A stretch of DNA of 64,000 nucleotides, taken from Felis catus (Eukaryota). The translations under genes were made by a program, and so were the position numbers. Of this stretch, positions 25,617-35,750 are shown one piece after another; the stretch's first letter is position 1, and each line of letters starts with the position of its first letter. The notes beneath the pieces are model-generated. The model ran no database searches. It saw only the letters and a program-made list of their open reading frames with translations, and was not told the DNA's origin. The stretch lies in contig NC_058369.1 in the NCBI RefSeq assembly GCF_018350175.1, forward strand, positions 7,688,001-7,752,000, written 5' to 3'.

Positions 25617-26675
25617 TCAGACCATCGTGTTGCCCTCCAGAAACGTGGGCGACGTGGGCATGTGTGTGCCCCTCTCTAGCGAGCTGGAGCTGCGGAGAGG
25701 CAGGAGGCGATGGCCCGGGGTCCCGCCCCGCCGCCCTTGAACGCCCGCCGCCCGCCGGCAGCACTGCAGCGGCCGCAGTACCTCCCGCCGCAGGTCCCGG
25801 CTGCGCCACGTGTAGATGACGGGGTTGAGCAGCGAGTTCAGGGTGGCAAAGGCAAAGAAGTAGTGGGCCTTGTAGAGGACGGGGCAGGACCGGACGGGAC
25901 AGGCATAGTCCAGGAGCAGGATGCTAAAGGCAGGCAGCCAGCAGACGATGAAGACACCCAGCACGATGGTGACCGTCTTGAGCAGGGCCAGCGTCTGTGG
26001 GCCGGTCACGTCGACGTGGCTGGAGCGGACCACGCAGTAGATGCGGATGTACAGAGCGACGATGGCCAGTAAGATGACGGAGAAGATGGTCACCACGCAG
26101 AGCACATAGTGCTTGGTATAAAGCGGCAGCACGGTGGAACAGGCCTCGAGATGGCCCAGGCAGTTCCAGCCCAGGATGGGCAGGCCTCCGAGAACAAGCG
26201 AGATGAGCCACGAGGCCACGATGAGCAGCAGCATGCGGCAGCTCTTGTCGCTGCCGTAGAGCTTGACCTTGGCGATGGCCACGTGCCGCTCGATGGCGAT
26301 GGCCAGGAGGCTGAAGACGGAGGCGGAAAGCGTGATGAAGGCGGAGCCCTCTCGGGCAAACCACTCCAAAGGGGTCAGCCCCAGCGTGACGGGGCCTGAG
26401 AGCAAGGTATTGGCTACAAAGGCCACACCTGTCAGCAGGTCCGAGGCGGCTAGGTTGCCCAGGAACAGGTACATGGCCGAGTGGAACTTGCTGTTGCGAG
26501 CGACAGCAATGAGCACCATCAGGTTCTCCACCACGATGGTGAAGCAGATGAGGACGATGATGACCAACGCCACCCAGCGGGAGGTGGTCTCCTGAGTGTC
26601 CAGCGTCTCCTTGGTGTAATTATAGTGTTCCAGGACCTTGCTGGGGCTTAGGTACTCTGAGTACAGGCTGCCCAT
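25617..26675 (-). CDS. S1PR2: Sphingosine-1-phosphate receptor 2 (352 aa), intronless CDS in exon 2
   Basis: MGSLYSEYL...; seven hydrophobic helices, ERH (DRY-equivalent), CWLP and NPVIY motifs, C-terminus ...EGNTMV; Kozak CCACCATGG; exon 2 acceptor TTTTCCCTCTGCAG with exon starting at 26717 (c.-42). Confidence 0.99.
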   Translation of the reverse strand: MGSLYSEYLSPSKVLEHYNYTKETLDTQETTSRWVALVIIVLICFTIVVENLMVLIAVARNSKFHSAMYLFLGNLAASDLLTGVAFVANTLLSGPVTLGLTPLEWFAREGSAFITLSASVFSLLAIAIERHVAIAKVKLYGSDKSCRMLLLIVASWLISLVLGGLPILGWNCLGHLEACSTVLPLYTKHYVLCVVTIFSVILLAIVALYIRIYCVVRSSHVDVTGPQTLALLKTVTIVLGVFIVCWLPAFSILLLDYACPVRSCPVLYKAHYFFAFATLNSLLNPVIYTWRSRDLRREVLRPLQCCRRAAGVQGRRGGTPGHRLLPLRSSSSLERGTHMPTSPTFLEGNTMV

Positions 26676-29600
26676 GGTGGGGCTCAGTGGCCAGCCAGGG
26701 CCATGGGGCTGTCAGAGCTGCAGAGGGAAAAGACCAACAGACAGGTCAGTGTTGTGGCCGCTCCCTGGGCTCTGACTCCAGGTGGACGCGGTGTGAGTCC
26801 CAGCTTCCTCACTTCTCACCGAGTGGCCGTATGAAGTCAGGATTACCATCGTCCCTGCTTTACCAGTGGGAAACCCAGAGAGGTCGGTTCACTTCCCGTA
26901 AGTCTCAAAGCTAGTAAGTCTCCAAGTGGCAGAGCCGGAGACCCACTCCAAAGCCTCTATAACTTCTAGGCTGCACTGTCTTCCAAAAAGAGCAGAAAGT
27001 CCCCCAAATACAAAGTGAACTTCCAGAACCCACGCTCACCCACCCGGAAAGTGAGCCTTGGGCAGGGCTGGGAGGGCTTGTCTCCTTTCCAGAATACACT
27101 AGAGCCTGGGGCTTCATGCTGCCTGCCAACCTGGGTCAGCAAGATGCTCGCTAATAGCACCGTCCCCTGCTCATTACCACCCACAGCCCTGGATTTCAGG
27201 CTGGGTCTGAGCCTTGAGGCCATGGGTGCTCCCAAGATAAGGTCTTGGGGAGACACCAGGGCGGCCTGAGGTTTAAGCATCTCAGAGGTCATGGCAACTT
27301 CAAGGACAAAGACCTTGGAGGCAATCCAGGGTGGAACCGCACTCCACCGGACCTGCTGTGGGACCTCGGGCAAGTCACCGAATGCCCGGCCTCTCAGCCC
27401 CAACGTCCTCATCTGTGCAATGGGGAGAAGAAAGCCCGCTTCATAGGGGTAATGGGAAAATCCTGTCGAATGGTACATGAAGCACCCCTAGCACATAGCA
27501 AGCACTCAATAAATATTAGCTAATATATTAGCTCCCTTAGGTGCCCTCCATCCAATCTTTTAGGAAGGGATGGAGACTGAGCTACAGGCCAGACTCCCAA
27601 TATCCTGTTCTCATCAGCACCATTTAGCCCTGCCCTGCAGAGGGTCCCAGCGGGGTAAGCAGGGCACTGGCACACCCCCCCCCCCACCCCATCCCCAGCC
27701 AGGATGAAATCCAGATGTGAGGCCCCTGGAACAAACAGGGTGGAGTCCTCACTCCCCAGTCACATCCGGTGTGGGAAAGGCTGGGAGGGGGGGATGGGAT
27801 GGGGGAGCCACAGGAGACCAGTCTGGGAGGTCCTGGCTGGGAGGACCAGGCAGCTGCTGCAACGCTCAAGTCATGTGAGCCGAGGAGGGGGCGTGCAGCC
27901 CTGCGGGGAGGGGGCTCAGGGGAAGGGGGGGACCGGCATTTATTTCCATGAAAGCCTGAGTCACCCCCTTCTCAAAGAAAACTGATCCATGGGGGGAGGG
28001 GGCGGGAAGAAGCGTGGGCAGAGGATGAGAAGCCAACATCATGGCCTCCTCCCAGCTTGCTGGCGGTGGGGGCGGGGGGGGGGGTGTCTCAGAGGAGCTG
28101 GTGCTGTGTCTGTCTTTAAGGAGGGGAGCCAGGAAGAAGCTCCAGCCTTTAGCTGATGGGGGAGGGCGCAGGAAGAGCCCGCCCTGGGTCCCTGGAAACA
28201 TGCCGGGCAAGGACCACGTGCGCTCCAGGAGTACCGTTCCAGAAAAAGGCTGGTTAGGCCGGTTCCTAGTGAGCCTGGGAACTATGGGGGGCTTCCGGGG
28301 TCACTCAGCCATCTCAGTCCTCGGAGGGGGCGTCCTGGCCCCGGGCCTGACAGAGGCAGCTGCTCCCCCTGGGTAAAGGGGCATCCGTCCTAGTTTGGAA
28401 ACAGAGAAGGGCTTGTGCGCATCCCCGGAGACTGCCGCCCCGCCCAGATCGCCACACAGAGGCCCCTTGTTCCCCTGACGGACCGGGCCCTGGACGCCCC
28501 GATGCCCTCTGCCCGATGCAGGCTGCAGCCGGCCGGGAGCTAACTTGGCCCTGGCCTCGGCCTTACTGGACCGACCTTCGGGGCAGAAACAGCCGGCGCC
28601 CTGACTGGCTTGTTTTCAATCCCAGGGCATTGAGCGATTCGCCAATTGGCCAGAGCTTCCCGTCCTCGGCATTTGATTGGCCCAGTTGGGGGCGCCCTAA
28701 GGGAAGCGCCAGTGAGCAGTCCTTCACCGGCCAACGGCTTCTTTCAGAAGACAGAGTTAAGGCTGTGGACATGTCTCTGGGGAGAGTGTGAACCGCAGGG
28801 TCACGACAACCAGACGCCCCCAGGCTGCCCTGGCCTACTGGGCCCCTCCTAGGGTTCGTGATTGAGAATCAAGGGCCCGTTGCAGGCCTGGGAAACACCC
28901 TTGCTGGTGGGCAAGAAGCCCAGGGTGTGTCCCATGGCCACCCCCTCCACCCCTCCCACACATGGGGCCACCAACCCTCTCTGGCAGCCAAGAGGAAGAT
29001 TTATGGATGCTTCCTGGAGAATTGAGAATTGGGTTCACTCCTCACATCCCAGAGACTGACCAAAAAGTCTGTCTTCTTCCCTGGGGGGAAGATTGGTAGT
29101 CTGCACACTCACTGTCTGCAGCCCCAGGAGACTATCAGGGCATCCTCAGAAGGAGGGGTAGCTCCTCTAGTCAGAGAAGGGGAAACGGAGGCTCACACTG
29201 CCTTCCTCTTCTCATCTTCCCCACTAGGACTTTGCTGAAGACAGAGAGAGCTTAAAGCAGGTCCATGCTTTCCAGAAAGAGGAAGCAGAGCCTGGAGGTT
29301 GGGACTGACAGGAGAGTCAGCCCTAGGCAGATACAGGCCTTGGCTGTTTCCCCTCCCTGTGTCTGGCTCCCAGACCCGGCTGGCTAAATACAGGGCCTGT
29401 CTCCTGCTCACCTTCTCCAAGGCAGCCCTAACTTCCTCCCAGGGGATCTCTGGGCTCAGAACCTGGGAATGGCCAGGCCTGAAATGGAATGAGAGGGACA
29501 AGTGACAGAGTCTGGAGGGAAGGGAAGAGAGACCAAGACTGTTCAGGGGGAGATTAGAAAAGAGGAAAGACAGAGAGGAAGCCTCAGAGGCTTCCAGGAG

Positions 29601-30697
29601 TCCCTCCTCCAAGTTCCACGGAGGCAGCTTACAGTTCTACTGTCACTCACTGATCCCATGCCACTTGCCCTGGGGCAGAGCCCCCACCTTTTCTTTTGGT
29701 TTCCCTTCTGCAGTCAGGCCCACCCTACACTGCCATTCTCCATGCAGCAGCCAGGGGGAGCTATCTAATTTACAACTCCAGTACAGGGTGTCACTCCCAA
29801 CTTCCATATTCTTCTATGGCTCCCCATTGCCCCAAATGGCCTGGCCCCTGTCCATCTAGCCTCCTCCCACTCTCCCGCAGGGCCACCCAACTCCAACCAC
29901 AGTGGCCTCCTGGGTGCCATCCCCGCCAATCCTTGAATGACTGTCTCCTCTTTCAGGTTTCAGTTTCAAGGTCACTGGCTGGGGGGGGGGGGGTCGCCTC
30001 AGACCGTCAGTCTACTATAGCCACTTTCCCCAGGGCCCTTCTATTGCAGCATCTTGCTTTATCTTCACACAACTTGCCATTTTCGGATATTATTATTGTA
30101 TCTCTTGTTTTCTGTCTGGCTTGCACGGTAGAGCACGAGTGTTGGAGGCCAGCGACCAAGTCCGTTTTCAGCCCCTGTGGCATGATGCTTGGCATACAGA
30201 AGGTGCTCACGAAACGTGCCACACAGAAGGATGGATGGATGGATGAATGAATGGATGGATGGATGAATGAATGGATGGATGGATGAACAAATGAACAAAG
30301 CCCCGTGGGCCCCCGAGGATAGAGGCACCTAAACTCAGCTGAGTCTCAAACAACAGCAAAGGCTGGAGACGCCTCTGGTCGCTGGCAGCCCCCAGACTAG
30401 GCGAAGCCCAGCGCGTCTCCGTGGAGACAGCGACAGGACCCGCCCCCGCCCTCGGGCTGCAGTCTGGCCTCCTTATCTGGCGGTGGAATGCGCGGTATCT
30501 ACACTCGCTCCCGCCGGGGCCGCGCCTCCTCTCCCGCGACAGCCACACGCGAGGAATCCCTACATCTCCCGTGGGGGTGGGGAACGCCTCTCCCCCCCAC
30601 TCCCCAAGGAGCTTCGTCTCGGTATTCCCGGAGGGCTTAGGCGCGGGGAGGAGGGGTGACCCCAGCTGCAGCCACACGGCAAATACCGAACCGCCGT

Positions 30698-30738
30698 GGC
30701 GCCAACGCGGGGGGACCGTGGGCTCAGCGCGTGGCGCC
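30698..30738 (+). ncRNA. MIR4322-like hairpin (syntenic to human mir-4322)
   Basis: CCGTGGGCTCAGCGCGTGGCG at 30716-30736 matches recalled human miR-4322 (CUGUGGGCUCAGCGCGUGGGG) at 19/21; flanking arms pair. Confidence 0.4.
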
Positions 30739-31475
30739 CGTTGTCTCTGACTAGGGCAGAGTCGGGGAGGGTATGGAAATCCCCGGGTGAGTCAACTCGT
30801 GCCGGAGGAGGGGGCGAGGTTCCGACAATCTGCTGGGCCCGGGACCACGCGGGGTCCGCGCCACGCGCGTTCGCACCGTCGCCCCATCCCTGGGCCCCAG
30901 GAGAAAGATGAGGCGCCGGAGCCACGCAGTCACGTTCCCATTCCTTCCAGAACAAAGCCACGCCCCCTCGGGGTGACTGAAGAAGACGGACTACTCGGGG
31001 AAACTGAGGCACCGAGGCCGACCTGCAGGCGGTGGGGCAGACTGCCCTCCCTGGGGACTCCGCCCCTCGGCTTGGAGGCTCGCCGGCGCGTTGCACCTTT
31101 CGCTCTCGCCCGGCCGGAGTCAGCCAGGAGGAGGGCCCTCCCCCCTCCCCCCATACGCACTCCCCGAACCCCTTGGTTCTGCCTTCCAGTGTCCGGCCGA
31201 AAGCCCTCGGATTCCGCCTTCTGTTCAGCGCCAACTTCCTGCCGCCGAGGAAGGCGGGGAGCTCAGTCTGGGGGTTCGCGGCGGAGGCTGTAGGGGCGGC
31301 CCGGAGTCGTGGAGAAGGTTCACAGTGACCACTCCCTCCGTGCAGCAGGAGCACGGGCGGCGCGTGCGCGCCCGGGTGCGCCCCCAACCCCTCGCCTGGC
31401 CCCCCCCAGCTCCGACCCTGCGACTCCCGGGCCCCGGGCCCCGTCTTTTCTGCTTTCCCCTCGCCCCGCACTCAC

Positions 31476-31690
31476 CTGGCTGGGCAGGCCGGGTCCCTGC
31501 TCTGGCCGGAGGGGCTTCGGCGTCTGCGTCCCCGGGACGGCATCGGCAGGGGCTGGGGCTGCCTGCCGGGCTGGGGCTGCGTCCCGGGGCTGGGGACCTG
31601 GGACGGAGGGGGGCGGGAGAGACACCGCCTCGGCCCCCCACTCGCCCCGCCCTCCTCTCCTCCCCTTTCCGGCGGCGGCTAAATGAATTC
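31476..31690 (-). other. S1PR2: S1PR2 non-coding exon 1 (5' end approximate)
   Basis: Strong donor CAG|GTGAGT at 31476/31475 within the CpG island, ~4.76 kb upstream of the exon 2 acceptor. Confidence 0.8.
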
Positions 31691-32778
31691 CAGATGTGGT
31701 CGGTCGGGCCCGGGCGCGCGCTGGGGACGGCGGGGGAGGCGCGCGGGGTCCCTTTGTTCGCCTCCCCCACCTCTCGCCATGCCCCTCCCAGCCCCCACTC
31801 GTGAGAACCTGCCGGCGTATGACGTCACACGACTCCGTGATGTCACGTCTCTCCTGGCCAGGTGGCTTCAACCTGAAACAACTCTTTGATTGCAGATATA
31901 CTCTTGGTCCGTTCCTTGGGACCTTGGAATTGGAGGAGAGCATGAGATCCCCTTTACGCAACAAGGAGCCACTGAAGCACCTTTGTGTCGATGCAGCAAA
32001 TAGGCATTATGCGCCTACTCTGAGTTCCCACAACAAATGGTCAAGTTCCTACTATGTGCCACGCCCTGGCGCAAAGACAGGATTAGTTTCGCCTTGATAA
32101 GACCTCAGAATTCAGATAAGACTCCTAGAAAACTCAGAGCACCCACCAGCCTATCTACCCTACCTCTGCCCTTGCTGTGGTCAACCAGCGAGGCAGGCCC
32201 AGATTCATCAGAGTGCTCGCCTTCCTGGAGCTTATGTTCAGGTGCAAGAGACAGCCTTGTAGGAGGCTACTATTTGTGAAAATGTGTATACAACCTTCCT
32301 ATATGTTTATTTACCAGATAACATTAAGCATTTGGCTGGTATGTGCCAGATACTGTTCTAAAAGGCTGGAGATGTATCAGGGACAAACCAGACAAAACTC
32401 CCCGGAGCTGATGTTCCACAACCTGTGCTCAGAATATCCAGACTATTGCAGGCAGAAGAAACTGGTGAATTTCCTGGGAGAGGAAGTGAAAGATAGGGAT
32501 AGGGCACGGGAAGGAGGCTGCTTTCATTCTATGAACTCTCTCGTACCTTTTGATTTTTTTTTTTTTAACGTGCACATGTGTCCGATGCCAATAATAATTG
32601 ACTGCTATAGGGGTGCCTGGGTGGCTCAGTCAGCTTAGTGTCCAGCTCTTGATTTTGGCTCAGATCATGATCTCAGGGTTGGTGAGGACAAATCCCACCT
32701 CCAGCTGCGCACTGCACTGACAAGGCCGAGCCTACTTGGGATTCTCTCTCTCTCTGCCCTTCCTCTGCTTGCACACAG

Positions 32779-32821
<43 letters not shown>

Positions 32822-32855
32822 TAAATAATAATTTTTTTAAAAAAAGACTGCTGGA

Positions 32856-33082
32856 GGGGCGCCTGGGTGGCGCAGTCGGTTAAGCGTCCGACTTCAACCA
32901 GGTCACGATCTCGCGGTCCGTGAGTTCGAGCCCCACGTCAGGCTCTGGGCTGATGGCTCGGAGCCTGGAGCCTGTTTCCGATTCTGTGTCTCCCTCTCTC
33001 TCTGCCCCTCCCCTGTTCATGCTCTGTCTCTCTCTGTCCCAAAAATAAATAAACGTTGAAAAAAAAATTAAAAAAAAAAAAA
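32856..33082 (+). mobile_element. Young SINEC_Fc copy with intact TSD
   Basis: CpG-rich, near-consensus sequence; AAAGACTGCTGGAG on both sides. Confidence 0.92.
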
Positions 33083-33187
33083 GACTGCTGGAGACATAGT
33101 GCAATAAGAAGGAAAGGTTCAGGGCACTTTCTGTGTGTATATCATACTTCAGTAAAGAATGTTGAAGTGCAAAATGACAAAGAAGGA

Positions 33188-34920
33188 TATCTGCACTCCT
33201 GTGTTCCTTGCAGCATTATTCACAACAGCCAAGATATGTAAGCAACCTAAATGTTCATCAGTGGAGGAACTGATAAAGAAAATGTGGTAGGGGGTGCCTG
33301 GGTGGCTGAGTCAGTTAAGCGACAGACTTTTTTTTTTTTTTTTAATTGAAAACAATTTTTTAATGTTTATGTCTGAGAAAGAGAGAGGGAGGGAGAGAAT
33401 GATCGGGGAGAGGCAGAGAGAGAGGGAGACACTGAATCTGAAGCAGGCTCCAGGCTCTGAGCTGTCAGCACAGAGCTGGAAGAGGGACTCCAACCCACGA
33501 GCCTTGAGATCATGGCCTGAACCAAAGTCTGACCCAACACAACCGACTGAGCCAGCCAGGCGTCCCAAGCGACAGGCCCTTGATTTCGGCTCAGGTCACG
33601 ATCATACATTTCATGAGTTCGAGCCCCATAGTCAGGCTCTGTGCTGACGATGCAGAGCCTGCTTGGGGTTCCCCCTCTTTCTAAATTCCCCCTCTTTCTA
33701 AAAATAAATAAACTTAAAAAAAAAAGAAAAGAAAAGAGGGGCACCTGGATGGCTCAGCCGGTTGAGCTTCCGACTTCAGCTCAGGTCATGATCTCACAGT
33801 TCGTGGGTTCGAGCCCCGTGTCGGGCTCTGTGCTGACAGCTCAGAGCCTGGAGCCTGCTTCGGATTCTGTGTCTCCCTCTCTCTCTGCCCTCCCCTGTTC
33901 ATGCTCTGTCTCTCTCTGTCTCAAAAATAAATAAACATTAAAAAAAAATAAATTAAAAAAAAGAAAATGTGATATACATATTATATATATATATGAAATA
34001 TATATATGTAGAAATATATAGTGGAAATATATATGGTGGAATTTTATATATATAACATATATATTATAATATAACATGTTTATATAATATTTTATATAAC
34101 ATATTTTATTTTATATATAACATATATATTATAATATATATATAAATGGAATTTTATTCAGCCATGAGAAAGAAGAAAATCCTGCCATTTTCGACAGCAT
34201 GGATGAACCTGGAGAGATTACACAAAGTGAAATAAACCAAGGAGAAAAAGATAAAACTGCTTCATATCACTTATATATGGAATCTAAACAAAACAAAACA
34301 AGGTCAAACTCAAAGAAACAGAAAGTAGGAAAGTGGTGGTTGCCAGGGGCTGGGGTGGGGAGGTAAAAGGGGGAGATTAGTAAAAGGGCACAAGTTTGCA
34401 GCTGTACGATGAACAAGGTCTGAGGATCTAATGTAAAATGTGGGGGCTCTGCTTGCTAACGCTGTAATGTACAGTTGAAATTTGCGAAGAGAGTAGAACT
34501 TAAATGTTCTCGCACACACACAAAATAAGTATGTGAGATGATCAATGTGTCAGTTAACTAGCTGTGAATCCTTTTTTTTAATTAAAAAAAATTTTAAGGT
34601 TTATTTATTTTTGAGAGATAGACGGGGGGGGGGGGCGCACAAGTGAGGGAGGGGCAGAGAGAGAGGGAGACACAGAATCCGAAGCAGCTCCAGGCTCTGA
34701 GCTGTCACCAGAGAGCCCAATGTGGGGCTCGAACTCACAGACGGTGAGATCATGACCTGAGCGAAGTTGGGCACTCAACCGAGTGAGCCACCCAGGCACC
34801 CCAACTAGCTGTGAATGAATCCTTTTGGAAGGTATACATATATCAAATCAACATGATGTACAATTTACATATCTCACAGTTTTATATGTCAATGATACCT
34901 CAAGAAAGCTGAAATTAAAA
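33188..34920 (+). mobile_element. 5'-truncated L1MA-like 3' end with nested SINEs and an AT-rich expansion at ~33970-34145
   Basis: gcagcattattcacaacagccaagat, aaatcctgccatttt, tcacttatatatggaatctaaa, tgtcaatgatacctcaagaaagctg. Confidence 0.85.
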
Positions 34921-35695
34921 TTAACAGGGGGGCGGACGCCTAGGTGGCTCAGTCGGTTAAGCATCTGACTCTTGATTTCTGCTCAGGTCATGATTCACTG
35001 TCGTGACATGGAGCCCCGTGCTTGGGATTCTCTTTCCCTCTATCTCTGCCCCTTCCCCCACCTCAAAACAAACAAACAAACAAACAAACAAACAAACATT
35101 AAAAAAATAATTAAGGCTGCTTGATACGCAGACAATGCAACCAATAGAAGAAGAGGTTTGGTACACTCTTCTGTATGTATGTTATACTTCATAAAAAGTG
35201 TTGAAAAGCAAAGCAACAAAAAAGGAAATTAAAATTGATCCATTTCTGCCTATTATAAAGTAAAAATGGAGGAGTCTTGATCTGAAACTGTCTTCAACGT
35301 ATTAAGTTGAAAAAAACCACAATGTAAATCAGTTTGCATTGTAGGCCTGCACGTCCAGGTGTATTTATAAGGGCTGTATAAATAACACACATTTGCCTGC
35401 GGGCCCACGGGCCACCTCCCGGAGAAGGCACAAGACACTGGTCACAGCGGTTACCCTCAGGGCAGGGAGCTGGGGGCAGGGGAACAGGTGAGAGGGGCCA
35501 GATTTTTATGGTGTACCCTTGGGGGACTGTTTGAAATTTTTAGTTCATGGTACCAATTTAAAAAATTGAGGGGCACCTGGGTGGTTCACTCGGTTGAGCA
35601 TCCGACTCTTGATTTCGGTTCAGGTCATGATCTCACATTTTGTGGGATTGAGCCCCGAGTTGGGTTCCATGCCGACAACATGGAGCCTGCTTGGG

Positions 35696-35750
<55 letters not shown>

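Larger units (their letters stand above)
30380..31850. promoter_or_regulatory. S1PR2: S1PR2 CpG-island promoter
   Basis: CpG-rich; perfect CRE TGACGTCA at 31820-31827, a TGATGTCA variant at ~31838, GC boxes. Confidence 0.85.

Noticed and set aside
30560-32097. 303-aa, 237-aa and other ORFs around the S1PR2 promoter
   Set aside because: CpG-island artefacts in all frames with no recognisable domain
32856-32935. tRNA-like A/B-box sequences
   Set aside because: These are SINE heads followed by (CT)n and poly(A), not tRNA genes
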